From positions 1-31,588 of IMG/VR virus record IMGVR_UViG_3300005663_000148: a stretch of 31,588 bases of DNA; one strand, written 5' to 3'. Under the pieces are notes generated by a model that worked only from the letters and a program-made list of their open reading frames with translations, made no database searches and was not told where the DNA came from. How positions within the stretch are numbered: the first letter of the stretch is position 1; each line of letters begins with the position of its first letter. The translations under genes and the position numbers were made by a program. Positions 16,699 to 26,299 of the stretch are shown here, piece after piece. The DNA comes from a virus. Its lineage: Duplodnaviria; Caudoviricetes.

Positions 16699-17664
16699 TT
16701 ATACTGAGCAATTTTTTCTGAAATATCCTTCTGGAGTGAACTCAGTGTATCTCGTAACTGTTTGGATATTTTCGTGCCTGATTGTTTCATTGTAAGGTTG
16801 CCTCCGCATAAAAACTCTTATACCGCTATTCGCAGCTCTGAGGGCTAATCCTGGATCATCTTCAAACATTATCACATTTTCATTTGGGAGAGAATCAGCA
16901 AGTAAAACTCTTGAACTCGAACCTATACGCAATTGGTCAACATTAATTCCATAATATTGAAGCCACCGCCATGTGTCCATCCATATTCGGTGATACACAT
17001 CAGCGGGCCTCGCTGTGATAATAATAATGTAAATATCCAGATCTTCTTTCATTTTACATAATGTTGCAATTCCATCCATATATGGTTCTATATATCTGTA
17101 TCCTCCTTCGCTCTCAAACTGCTCTTTTAGAGCATAATATTCTGGATAATGCATTGACAGATCATTATCGAGCATTAACGTACTACCTGAATCAGCAATT
17201 GTAGATTGATAACCCTGCTCTGAAACCCACGAGATAAATGAACTACGCCAATCAGCAATTGTACCGTCAAGATCACAAATCAAAATGGGTTTATCCGCAG
17301 GTATTATTGCAAATTCTTGTTGATACTTCAAATCAAGAATTCTTGTCTTAATCTCTACAAAATTTAACATATCAACAGCAGTAAAATCCCAAAGATCCCA
17401 TAAAGATATCACATATTTTGTAAGATCAGCTAATTCATATGCAAGGTTTTGTCTATCAATCTTTCGCCCTTCTTTTTTTCTATGCCGCTTCCATTGTATG
17501 TCAGATAATATTTCATCAATTTCGCTTACAATGCCAAGAAGATATATTTGCGTCCAATGTTCGCGATCATATATATCGGTTTCTTCGCGAATTTTACGAT
17601 TATATCTTCGTTGATCTGTCCAAAGATCTTCTAAATAGTTGTTTTCTCGCAGAAGTTTCTTCAT
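16699..17664 (-). CDS. dimeric dUTPase/MazG-like domain fused to a HAD 5'-nucleotidase
   Basis: N-terminal SEIDE...WKRH...ELAD; C-terminal DLDGT, ITAR and FEDD HAD motifs. Confidence 0.85.
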   Translation of the reverse strand: MKKLLRENNYLEDLWTDQRRYNRKIREETDIYDREHWTQIYLLGIVSEIDEILSDIQWKRHRKKEGRKIDRQNLAYELADLTKYVISLWDLWDFTAVDMLNFVEIKTRILDLKYQQEFAIIPADKPILICDLDGTIADWRSSFISWVSEQGYQSTIADSGSTLMLDNDLSMHYPEYYALKEQFESEGGYRYIEPYMDGIATLCKMKEDLDIYIIIITARPADVYHRIWMDTWRWLQYYGINVDQLRIGSSSRVLLADSLPNENVIMFEDDPGLALRAANSGIRVFMRRQPYNETIRHENIQTVTRYTEFTPEGYFRKNCSV

Positions 17665-18455
17665 GAATATTTTCTTAAAATTTTCGTAGCTTCATCATAT
17701 GCTTCATGCGCAAGCATACGTCGTTTAAATTGTGCATATCTTCCAATAAGATATAAATTAGATGCATATAATTCAGACATAAGCGGGGGTGACATAGGAT
17801 GTATATCCGTCATTGTTCCTAGTTTTCCATACTTGTATTGATGAGGTTCAATAACTTTGAGATGTAAAAATTCATAATGAGCTCTTCTAAATAAAACAGA
17901 AAATCGCACCAACTCATCATTTTCTATTCCATTATACATAACAAGATTTTGAAGCAAATTTGAATCAATATATGTAACAACTGGAAAAGTACAAAGATAC
18001 TTTTGATGTTGCTTTATATCACATGTATTAGGAAATGTTTTGAATACAATATCATATTCTAAAGTCAAATCATATGCACGAGCATCTGAAATATTACCCG
18101 ATGACGCAACATCCGTATCCTGCCATAAAAATGGAAGAATATATGCAGGATCATATCCATATACAATTTCAGCTTGTACGGGAAATGAGCTTGACTCATC
18201 AGTTACGCGAACATTGCCCCATTGTTTTTTGACATAGTTTTCTTCAGTACCAATACTAGAAAGATAAATTCTTTCATACTTTAATCCTTTTTTGAATAAA
18301 CTTTTAGGAATCCAATGTAACCAAAAACAACCGGCTGAAGCGCCAGTTTTAGCTTTTGATATTACAAACGGTTTTATACCAACTTCCAAACATGCATAAT
18401 TGATGTATGCTGCTGAAATACCGCCGCCAAGAATAGCAACCTTTAGATTAGTCAC
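17661..18455 (-). CDS. FAD/NAD(P)-dependent oxidoreductase
   Basis: KVAILGGGISA Rossmann motif; C-terminal NLYLIGRYAQF, as in UDP-galactopyranose mutase-like flavoproteins. Confidence 0.75.
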   Translation of the reverse strand: MTNLKVAILGGGISAAYINYACLEVGIKPFVISKAKTGASAGCFWLHWIPKSLFKKGLKYERIYLSSIGTEENYVKKQWGNVRVTDESSSFPVQAEIVYGYDPAYILPFLWQDTDVASSGNISDARAYDLTLEYDIVFKTFPNTCDIKQHQKYLCTFPVVTYIDSNLLQNLVMYNGIENDELVRFSVLFRRAHYEFLHLKVIEPHQYKYGKLGTMTDIHPMSPPLMSELYASNLYLIGRYAQFKRRMLAHEAYDEATKILRKYS

Positions 18456-18829
18456 ATGTCACCAATATTTGTTTTGAGTTTGGTTAATATCCAATAACGC
18501 ATCATATTATATGCATCTTTTTCATGTTTTGTTCTGCCATATTTAAATTTCCATTTTTGTGCTTTCGCTATAGGTTTCCATAAACCTGGCAAAATTTTAT
18601 TCACTTTAGGATACTCTCTGAGAATTTTATAATAATGTTCCATATATATTGTTGAAAATTCCACAATCTTTGGTGGACTTTCTATTACAATATGCTGCGG
18701 ATCTTGCCATCTAAGCATCCCTATGACATTCCGCATAATGAGCGTGGCAGAATGGATTAGTCGCCGTTCTGTAAAATTATATGCGACACATCCAGCATGT
18801 ACTCCTGGATCAATAGACATTATAATCAT
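18452..18829 (-). CDS. RuvC-like Holliday junction resolvase
   Basis: SIDPG, IVIE, P..WK and HEKDA motifs. Confidence 0.7.
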   Translation of the reverse strand: MIIMSIDPGVHAGCVAYNFTERRLIHSATLIMRNVIGMLRWQDPQHIVIESPPKIVEFSTIYMEHYYKILREYPKVNKILPGLWKPIAKAQKWKFKYGRTKHEKDAYNMMRYWILTKLKTNIGDM

Positions 18830-18839
18830 ATAATTGCAG

Positions 18840-18867
18840 AAAGTGTCCGCTATGAAGCGGACACTTT
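18840..18867 (-). terminator. intrinsic terminator-like hairpin
   Basis: Perfect 11-bp inverted repeat AAAGTGTCCGC/GCGGACACTTT with a 6-nt loop, just after the SSB-like gene. Confidence 0.7.
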
Positions 18868-18880
18868 GTTTAGAGTGCGA

Positions 18881-19312
18881 TCAGAATGGTAAGTCGGATT
18901 CTTCTGGTACTACATCTTCTGGCATACCCTGAACCTCGTCCATGGGCAATTGTGCGGTAGATGCAGTATACGGCATCGTTTGTTCAATCTTTGCACGCAG
19001 ATTTCCCTCGTACGTATCGTGCGAAACCGTACCGCGAAAAACCTTACCGATTACTTCTTCTAATTTTATGTTGCCGTCTTCAGGTGCATTTATTGCATCC
19101 AAAAAGCCATCAACACGAAATCGTGCATCTGGAGAATGACTTAACAAAATCGAAGCTTGTTTTTCGCGATCTTCGCTTTTATCAATAACTTTACAGAATA
19201 GAAGCCAATATGGATAATTTTCACCATCTCGCTCCATTGCACGAGTTACTTTGAATGTGTGTGTTCCCAAGGCTGGCAACCCACTGTTTCGTTTTAAATC
19301 AAATGTAGTCAT
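18881..19312 (-). CDS. single-stranded DNA-binding-like protein (DUF669-like)
   Basis: Beta-rich core, acidic C-terminal tail ending EESDLPF, adjacent to the Sak4-like ATPase. Confidence 0.7.
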   Translation of the reverse strand: MTTFDLKRNSGLPALGTHTFKVTRAMERDGENYPYWLLFCKVIDKSEDREKQASILLSHSPDARFRVDGFLDAINAPEDGNIKLEEVIGKVFRGTVSHDTYEGNLRAKIEQTMPYTASTAQLPMDEVQGMPEDVVPEESDLPF

Positions 19313-20089
19313 TTACTTCTCCTTATTCCAAAATTCATAAAGTACATTATGTGTTGGATTATTCACAACTGAAGGTAACTTGTCACTTCGATCTTTTGTA
19401 ACGAAATTTGCTACGTCAAATGCCATTATACGCGATTTCTTAGGTTTGTCGCCAGAGTCGGCTTTATACAAATATCCAACTATATCCATCATACGTGCTA
19501 CATTTCTTGCAGTATTTTTACCTACAAATTGTGGTTGAATAGCATCTGTTTCATATTCCTGTACAGCACGGTTAGCGATAAAAACAACGTTCATTCGCAA
19601 TGCTCGCAAATTACGCATGTATTTATCAAAATCCATTAATGCTTTACCATAGTCTGATTGACTCGCCAAATCTTTATATGGTCTACGTACATCTGGAAAT
19701 TTACTAATTACATTCTGCATTACAAAAAACTGAACTTCGTTTAACGAGTCAACAACAACTGTTTTGTAAGGATGAGCAGAATGAAGTAAATATCTTATTG
19801 CATTTTCCAAATCAGCCCATTTTGCAATTTCAATTCGTCCAACATTTCTAGAAACTGAAGACATTCCACGATCAGCATCAAGAAAAACTGGGTCAGGCCA
19901 TGTTGATGCGAAAACAGTTTTGCCGACACCACTTTCTGCATACACTAAAAACTTCACTTCTTCGGTATTAAATTTGCCTTCATGAGTTACTACATTGATA
20001 TGATAATCTTCAGCTGAAGGTCCCTCAACAACAGGAACTTCTATAGTCTCTGGACCTTCTCCTTCATATGTTAAATCAAGTTCTGTCAT
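19313..20089 (-). CDS. Sak4-like AAA ATPase (AAA_24) recombination protein
   Basis: YAESGVGKT Walker A, VVVDSL Walker B, DIVGYL and TKDR motifs. Confidence 0.85.
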   Translation of the reverse strand: MTELDLTYEGEGPETIEVPVVEGPSAEDYHINVVTHEGKFNTEEVKFLVYAESGVGKTVFASTWPDPVFLDADRGMSSVSRNVGRIEIAKWADLENAIRYLLHSAHPYKTVVVDSLNEVQFFVMQNVISKFPDVRRPYKDLASQSDYGKALMDFDKYMRNLRALRMNVVFIANRAVQEYETDAIQPQFVGKNTARNVARMMDIVGYLYKADSGDKPKKSRIMAFDVANFVTKDRSDKLPSVVNNPTHNVLYEFWNKEK

Positions 20090-20102
20090 AAAATCTCCTA
20101 TG

Positions 20103-20897
20103 TCATTTTAGACGTTTTTCAAATGTTTTGAGAACACTTTTTGCTTCTCCACTATCATTTATGCTAAGGCAAACTGGATAAAAGTTACAATCCCATGTAC
20201 AATCACGTGTAGAATTTCTATACATTTCGCCTCCATCTCTATGGAACTTTGTCATTTCATTTGCTTGGTTTACCAATTCCCTTTCTATCGCCACAAGACC
20301 CTCTTGATTTCTGAATGCCTTGACCCGTACAACGGGTTCAGTTTTTGCTATGCCACCTTTGGTCATACGAATAACGTTGAAAAAAGTGCCTCTTGGATTA
20401 AACTCTAACTTACGCATCGCAAGCATATACATACTTATTTGAGGATCAATACTAACATGTTTCATACTTACTTGTTTCAAAAACTTATGCTCCAAAAGCC
20501 AAATAATTCCATCAATTTCTACTACACCATCAATGTATCCTAGAAACACATGTTTATCAATCTTAAACTCAAACTTTAATTCTGCTTCAATTAATTCAAA
20601 CTTATCATTTTCAATTGACCATTCAAAATATCTATTCAAAATAAATTTCATTAATTCCCAAACATCGTCGAGTCCCCTATTCAATTCCATTTCATATTCA
20701 AAAAGTTTATCATTTGCCGCATGTAACGCTTCATCTTTATCACCGGTTTTATACCATACGGCAAGAGCCGAATGTCCTATTGAACCGCGAATTTGCCCCA
20801 TACTTGAGGGTAATACATAATTTTCAATATATTTAAGAAAATATTTATATTTACATCTACGCCAACAACTCATACTAGAATGCGATAACTTACGCAT
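20103..20897 (-). CDS. Cas4-like PD-(D/E)XK exonuclease
   Basis: LSHSS...C, G...H, GYIDG, EHK, QISMY and C..C...PVC Fe-S cysteines. Confidence 0.85.
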   Translation of the reverse strand: MRKLSHSSMSCWRRCKYKYFLKYIENYVLPSSMGQIRGSIGHSALAVWYKTGDKDEALHAANDKLFEYEMELNRGLDDVWELMKFILNRYFEWSIENDKFELIEAELKFEFKIDKHVFLGYIDGVVEIDGIIWLLEHKFLKQVSMKHVSIDPQISMYMLAMRKLEFNPRGTFFNVIRMTKGGIAKTEPVVRVKAFRNQEGLVAIERELVNQANEMTKFHRDGGEMYRNSTRDCTWDCNFYPVCLSINDSGEAKSVLKTFEKRLK

Positions 20898-20905
20898 ATT
20901 ACATC

Positions 20906-21202
20906 CTATATAAAAACATACTCATTATTTTGATAAATCGCTATTTCAATTTTACCGTCAAATCTTCTACCTAATACGATTCCAACCATCAAAGCAGTAG
21001 TTACTTTACCAATAGGAAGTATGACATCCTGACATGGGTCAAATTTACGATTAATTAATTCGTCATAAATAATGGTTCCTAAATCATAAGCCTCTTCATA
21101 TCCTGTTGATAACAATATTATTTTCTCAGCGTATTGTTTCAAAGCACTTAAATCATGCTGTGTTGCCTCTGTAACAAATATATTTCTGAATTTTTTATCC
21201 AT
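20906..21202 (-). CDS. hypothetical protein
   Basis: Coupled between the helicase and nuclease genes. Confidence 0.65.
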   Translation of the reverse strand: MDKKFRNIFVTEATQHDLSALKQYAEKIILLSTGYEEAYDLGTIIYDELINRKFDPCQDVILPIGKVTTALMVGIVLGRRFDGKIEIAIYQNNEYVFI

Positions 21203-23129
21203 TAAGAATTTCTCGCACTAAACCGCTTGTTAGCCGAATGCTACTTTCTTTGCGATAACTCAACACTCTGTCAATTACATGATCAATTGTTTGTGCTCCA
21301 GAAGATGTAGTTGACAAAAGATGAATAATATACGGCGAACTAACAGTACCAATTCTGCGAACTCTGTGCAGAGACTGATAATAATCGTCACCATTGTATG
21401 ATCGCTCAAGATATATTGCAGTTCTAGCTTTCGTTAGCGTAAATCCGAATTTACCTACAGCAGGATGTGCAACTATCACATCAGTCTGACCTCTTTGAAA
21501 CGAGTCAACTATGTTTTGTCGCGATGCTTTGCTTGTACGACCCGTTAATTCACTTACTTTAAATCGTTTTCCTTCTAACTGTCGCCGTATTCTAGTAGCA
21601 GTTTCTATGAATGTAGTCCAGATGATAACAGGTTTTTCAACGAATTGCATCATCTCAATTGCAGCTTGCCACTTGGCTGAAATATCTTTGCCTTCAACTA
21701 ATATCGGATTTGATGCTAGTTGTATCAAACGCAACATTTGCGTCAAAATATTTGGAGCCAATAATGCATCATTTTCAGTTAGCTGTGCAACAAACGTTTC
21801 TTCCATCTCTCCGTACACACGTTCTTGATCTTTAGGCATGGGAATATCAAAAGAGTCAAAAATCCAATCTGGTAAATTTGGCAGGACTTGTTTTTGTGTA
21901 CGAGCATAATAAATATGCTCTAAATCTTCATGCAGTTCGGCAGCAGCATTTTTCTTATTTCCATGTATTTGATATCCCCATTTTGTTTGTTCAACATCGC
22001 AATAATTTTCTGCAAAGCGCCAAAAAGCAGAAAAATGTTTTGAGTCCAATATATTTAATTGACTCCATAAATCGCTATAATTCTTCGATGTTGGTGAACC
22101 ACTCAACATCCATACTACTTTATGTTGACCAGAAAGTGCTTTAATAGCGCGAGTTCGTTGAGACTTCCTATTTTTGATTAAAATTGACTCATCAATAATT
22201 ACAATATCAAAACCATAATCTTTATTTACTTTCCAGGCAGGAGGTTCTTTACCGCTGTCAGGATCCTCGTGTGTCATCCTTGTACGCACTGTATCATAAT
22301 TTGTAATTACCCACTGTGCGTCAGGACTAGTATTTTGATGCCATATTACAGACTCGTCGCCTGTCCACTTTTTGATCTCTTGTTGCCAATTGCGCAGAAG
22401 GGACAAAGGTGAAATGACTAGAACTCTCGAAGAATGCGTTGTCTCGCAAATATCTTTTGCAGCAAGAATAGCGCATAAAGATTTGCCTAGACCAGGAGCA
22501 AGACAAAGCATAGCTTCATGCCGTTTTATCAAAAATCTGATTGCTTCTATTTGATATGGGAAAGCATTATTGGATTCTACCAAAAATTCTGTAAAAGAGG
22601 CTAAGGAAACACGTTCAGCATCTTTTTCTTCCCATAAAGAAACGCTTGATTCTTTTGTCAAATTAGGAAAAAGTCGCATAACAGCGTTAATATTACCTTG
22701 AGTCAATGAACCTTTCCACGTTTTGTTCCGCCAAAAGAATGTATGTGCTTTTATCTGCTTCGAAGGATGTATATTAGGTGAAAATCTTAAAAATCCCTTT
22801 GAATCAACATACAATAATCCATCTGACTTTTTCTCACTAGCATAGACAATAGCTGTTGACGGCAGTACAATGGTCTGTAAATCATATTCATCGATTTGAC
22901 GTGAATACTTCTTTAGTTTCACGCTAATCCAATGATATTGTCTTTCAGAAATTCCTTTTCCACGAACAAATAATTGCTCTGCTACCGACGTCAAAAACGT
23001 TGCATCAACTGCATTAAATCCTTGTTTATTATCGTAAACAGTAACCCCCTGTTCTTGTTCATCTCTTGTTTGTAAATTATAAAGGAGCTTTAATGATTTT
23101 AATACATCTGTTTGACAATCCCAATCCAT
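21195..23129 (-). CDS. SNF2-family helicase
   Basis: APGLGKS, IIDES, LSGSP, GFTLT and QSLHRVRRIG motifs; ATG at 23129 after AAGGA (TTG at 23138 is an alternative start). Confidence 0.9.
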   Translation of the reverse strand: MDWDCQTDVLKSLKLLYNLQTRDEQEQGVTVYDNKQGFNAVDATFLTSVAEQLFVRGKGISERQYHWISVKLKKYSRQIDEYDLQTIVLPSTAIVYASEKKSDGLLYVDSKGFLRFSPNIHPSKQIKAHTFFWRNKTWKGSLTQGNINAVMRLFPNLTKESSVSLWEEKDAERVSLASFTEFLVESNNAFPYQIEAIRFLIKRHEAMLCLAPGLGKSLCAILAAKDICETTHSSRVLVISPLSLLRNWQQEIKKWTGDESVIWHQNTSPDAQWVITNYDTVRTRMTHEDPDSGKEPPAWKVNKDYGFDIVIIDESILIKNRKSQRTRAIKALSGQHKVVWMLSGSPTSKNYSDLWSQLNILDSKHFSAFWRFAENYCDVEQTKWGYQIHGNKKNAAAELHEDLEHIYYARTQKQVLPNLPDWIFDSFDIPMPKDQERVYGEMEETFVAQLTENDALLAPNILTQMLRLIQLASNPILVEGKDISAKWQAAIEMMQFVEKPVIIWTTFIETATRIRRQLEGKRFKVSELTGRTSKASRQNIVDSFQRGQTDVIVAHPAVGKFGFTLTKARTAIYLERSYNGDDYYQSLHRVRRIGTVSSPYIIHLLSTTSSGAQTIDHVIDRVLSYRKESSIRLTSGLVREILNG

Positions 23130-23184
23130 TTTAGGCAATCCTTTATTTTTACTTTACACTTCTTTACTTATTACTTGTAGCTAT

Positions 23185-23193
23185 ATTGTAACA
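23185..23193 (-). promoter_or_regulatory. extended -10 promoter for the replication operon
   Basis: TGtTACAAT in an AT-rich gap between the lysis terminator and the helicase gene. Confidence 0.5.
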
Positions 23194-23234
23194 CAAATTA
23201 CATCATTTTGGGTATAGTTTGAATATGTATATTC

Positions 23235-23272
23235 AGCCGAGAACCTCATATTTGGGAGTGAAGTTCTCGGCT
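23235..23272 (-). terminator. hairpin closing the late/lysis operon
   Basis: 14-bp stem on the - strand (AGCCGAGAACUUCA/UGAGGUUCUCGGCU, one U-G pair); no clear U tract. Confidence 0.6.
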
Positions 23273-23281
23273 ATCAAATTC

Positions 23282-24214
23282 TCACAGATTTTTTGTGAGC
23301 CAGCGAGCTATCCAAGCAGTTGGACATTTAATTTTAATCCACTGCCTGTCATATTCGTCTACGGCAACCTCGCCCGCAGTCAGCCATTGTGATCCTTCAA
23401 ATGCTTGAGCAAACGGTGTATTGTTTCTTATCGTAGGAATTACACGCATACTGAGTCTTCGAGAAGTTACCACAATACAGTCGGGAATGGTTGGTTTTGG
23501 CGGTTCTGCAGAATCCAATCCAAAAAATTCCGCAAATTCTTGCGCAGTACCCGCACGCATGTTCTTAATGAAACGACCACGATCTAAGTGGTGAGCATGT
23601 ACAAAACCGTTTGATTTAGCTTCATTATTAGGTTGACCTTCATATTGCCATAAAACACATTTATCCTCGCGACCCGTTTTACTCCAAGTATATGGAATAT
23701 ACGGAGATTGAGTTAAAGGAGGTTTATGTTCATATTCAGGATAATACGGCCAATTTGCATTCCAAAGATAAAAATCACTGAGCCACTCTAGAACACCATA
23801 TGGATTGAGAGAGCCTGGATTTGTATACATTCCTGTCAGAACGAACAAATCTCTTGAGGTAAACATAGCATCTCGCATTTGTTTTACGCTCAAGCCAGGT
23901 TCCTCGCAGTCTTGCCAATTGCCAAGTTTAAACTTATCCAAACCAAATACATCTCTGCAAACATTGCGGAAATATACGGCCTGAGCCTCGCCGCCATATC
24001 TAGGATCTAGATAGCAATACGCACCTAAAGGAATACCATTATCTAAGGCTTGCCATCCATTATATTCAAACTGCGGATCAGTCCACAGACCCTGTGTAGC
24101 TTTGAGGATCAGGCCACGGTTTTGATTGTCGACGAAGGCTTGAACATCCGTAAGCGGACCATTCCAATGGCTGGTATCTCTTACTTTGAGTTCACCCTCG
24201 ACAATCTGACTCAT
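23282..24214 (-). CDS. endolysin, GH25 muramidase with C-terminal SH3-like cell-wall-binding domain
   Basis: DTSHWNG, ILKATQG, GAYCY, DCE, MYT, LWNA.W and LWQY GH25 motifs; Pro-rich linker. Confidence 0.85.
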   Translation of the reverse strand: MSQIVEGELKVRDTSHWNGPLTDVQAFVDNQNRGLILKATQGLWTDPQFEYNGWQALDNGIPLGAYCYLDPRYGGEAQAVYFRNVCRDVFGLDKFKLGNWQDCEEPGLSVKQMRDAMFTSRDLFVLTGMYTNPGSLNPYGVLEWLSDFYLWNANWPYYPEYEHKPPLTQSPYIPYTWSKTGREDKCVLWQYEGQPNNEAKSNGFVHAHHLDRGRFIKNMRAGTAQEFAEFFGLDSAEPPKPTIPDCIVVTSRRLSMRVIPTIRNNTPFAQAFEGSQWLTAGEVAVDEYDRQWIKIKCPTAWIARWLTKNL

Positions 24215-24585
24215 CCGGTATCTCCCATTGCTCGCTTAGGTGGTTTTGGTCGTGCAATTCGCGGACTGAGCTTATACATTTCTTGATTGCCAATCCAAGC
24301 ACCACCGATAGCCAGAACTACTTCAACAAGTCCAGCCTCAGAACAAACAAGCGTGATACTTATTGAATTCAACAATTGCACTCCAAAACTAGAGCAACTG
24401 AGACCTAGTGAAATAAAGCCGATAACGGTAACACTTCCGAGCATTACAAGACGTTTAAGATTACCGTCATTGGACCCATCTGGTTTTTGTCCCAAAGTTT
24501 TAAACCAGGTATTAAAGCCAGGAATGTAAGAAGTACATAGAGATAGAAGAACACCGAGCATTGCAGATAAAATAGGGGCAGTCAT
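24211..24585 (-). CDS. holin-like membrane protein
   Basis: Three hydrophobic segments, basic C-terminus, directly upstream of the endolysin. Confidence 0.65.
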   Translation of the reverse strand: MTAPILSAMLGVLLSLCTSYIPGFNTWFKTLGQKPDGSNDGNLKRLVMLGSVTVIGFISLGLSCSSFGVQLLNSISITLVCSEAGLVEVVLAIGGAWIGNQEMYKLSPRIARPKPPKRAMGDTG

Positions 24586-24902
24586 TTTTTCTCCTTTGAG
24601 TCTAATTTTCCATATAAAGCTTCCAATCGTCTAGAATTATCTTTTATTTCTTCCGCTAGACGTGCCGTTGATTCAGAATGTTGTTTATATATAGCTTCTA
24701 ATGTTTGTACAAATCTTATCTCCTCTCGTTCAATAAATCCACGCCAATCTTTGGATTGACCTTCTAAATATGTTTTCCACCCTTCAGTTACAGATGAAAT
24801 ATATTCACGATTTGCTTTGGACATTTGCAAAGCAAATACTACTACAATGATTAACGCAGCAAATTGTGGTACATTTTGACTTAGTGTTATCCAATCTATC
24901 AT
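24582..24902 (-). CDS. single-TM coiled-coil lysis-cassette protein (holin-like)
   Basis: N-terminal TM followed by a coiled coil; position in the lysis cassette. Confidence 0.55.
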   Translation of the reverse strand: MIDWITLSQNVPQFAALIIVVVFALQMSKANREYISSVTEGWKTYLEGQSKDWRGFIEREEIRFVQTLEAIYKQHSESTARLAEEIKDNSRRLEALYGKLDSKEKK

Positions 24903-24917
24903 GTACTTCTCCTATTT

Positions 24918-25676
24918 TTATGTTTCTGCCCATGACAAAAGTGTCATAGCAGTAGGATAGGTAGCATTATTTGAATTTGTAAAAAAGAATATCTCGTCAG
25001 CAGTCAAAAAATCTGTTCTACCTACACTGTGAAATTCAAACCAATGTCGTCCATCCACAGACCAATGACACTTCCTATTTGTATTATTATCTTCAATACG
25101 AAGCCACATTACCGGACTACTTCCAGCTTGAACAATTTCTTGTTCTAGATATGTAGCACTCCATGTAGTTGGATTAGTAAATTTGATACTTGCAATACTA
25201 TTTACACTAATACTTAAATGAAAGGTATGCAATTTTCCATCAGAACTTTGTCTAAAACCAATACCGACACCACTATAATTAACTTTATATCCATGCGGCA
25301 TAAATGCGACAGTAATTACATAAGGTACACTAGGAATGGTTTTCTTACGAATACGAAGATTATCCCCTGCTAATGTCGGCGCAAGTAAGTAGATACCTCC
25401 TCCATCAACATCTACACTACCCGTTCCTTGATTTATCCAAGCAAAATCTCCGTTTACAGGCGCAACAAATGGAAATAGCGGACCCCAAGGAATCCACGCC
25501 GCACCTGTATCTCGCTCTATAACAAAACCATCGCTAGGTAAAAACAAATCGCCATCGTTACTGGCTGCCGGACGACTTCCATATACTGACGTGAATGTAT
25601 TATCTCCCCCACCATCCCCAGTATGAATTTTTCGAATGTCCGCAGGACCTGGCTGTCTAGTTCGTGTGTTAGCCAT
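24918..25676 (-). CDS. minor tail / receptor-binding protein with lectin-like beta-sandwich
   Basis: Beta-rich, with WLRI...WSVDG..W pattern typical of ConA-like folds; tail-module position. Confidence 0.6.
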   Translation of the reverse strand: MANTRTRQPGPADIRKIHTGDGGGDNTFTSVYGSRPAASNDGDLFLPSDGFVIERDTGAAWIPWGPLFPFVAPVNGDFAWINQGTGSVDVDGGGIYLLAPTLAGDNLRIRKKTIPSVPYVITVAFMPHGYKVNYSGVGIGFRQSSDGKLHTFHLSISVNSIASIKFTNPTTWSATYLEQEIVQAGSSPVMWLRIEDNNTNRKCHWSVDGRHWFEFHSVGRTDFLTADEIFFFTNSNNATYPTAMTLLSWAET

Positions 25677-26023
25677 TAAGTTATCCTATTGACGTATCCA
25701 CCAATCATTATTACATTAGCTGTACCTGCAAATGCTCTCACAATCAAACTATTTTGCAATAACAGACCAGGAACAATCAAGTATAAACCATCCTCAGCAG
25801 GTACAGTCACTTCAATCAAATCGTCTGGCGATGCTACTCCTCCATATTCAATTGTCAGTTTCACATCTAAACTATCAGAATTAACTGCCCATAAGTGTAT
25901 TTCATCCAAATCACTAGATCCTGCAACAGCGGTATGTATCAATGTTCCTGCTGTTGCAACAGGAACAACTTTTATCATACGTCCATTCGTTGAACCTGAT
26001 AATAATACTTTCGTATATGCCAT
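25676..26023 (-). CDS. small virion structural protein
   Basis: Beta-rich, tail-module context, TAATG coupling. Confidence 0.6.
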   Translation of the reverse strand: MAYTKVLLSGSTNGRMIKVVPVATAGTLIHTAVAGSSDLDEIHLWAVNSDSLDVKLTIEYGGVASPDDLIEVTVPAEDGLYLIVPGLLLQNSLIVRAFAGTANVIMIGGYVNRIT

Positions 26024-26032
26024 AAATCACCT

Positions 26033-26299
26033 TTAGCTAAATACTTGTACTTCTAATACGTCAGTAGCTCCTGCTCCTCCGCCTGGAATAGTTATATCTG
26101 TTTGATTATTTCCAGCGTCATCAGTAGCTGTTACACCAGCGCCGGTAAAGTTCAAATTTATACGTTGAGCCAGCGAAACACTTTCGTCTTGAATAATATG
26201 ACCACTAATCGTACCACCAGTAACCAATATTTCTAATTTTCGTATACGTTTTGCAATAGCCAATATTGAATTAGTTAAGTCATTAAGTATATCGCTCAT
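26033..26299 (-). CDS. minor tail protein
   Basis: Coiled-coil N-terminus followed by INFTGAGVTATDD tail-fibre-like motif. Confidence 0.55.
   Translation of the reverse strand: MSDILNDLTNSILAIAKRIRKLEILVTGGTISGHIIQDESVSLAQRINLNFTGAGVTATDDAGNNQTDITIPGGGAGATDVLEVQVFS

Noticed and set aside
16699-16790. Programmed frameshift fusing the HAD protein to the DUF1599-like protein at the A6 run
   Set aside because: It would need a +1 shift, and the downstream gene has its own strong RBS and ATG at 16589
20103-20897. CRISPR-associated Cas4
   Set aside because: No cas1/cas2 or array; the Cas4-like nuclease with Sak4 and SSB is a standard phage recombination module
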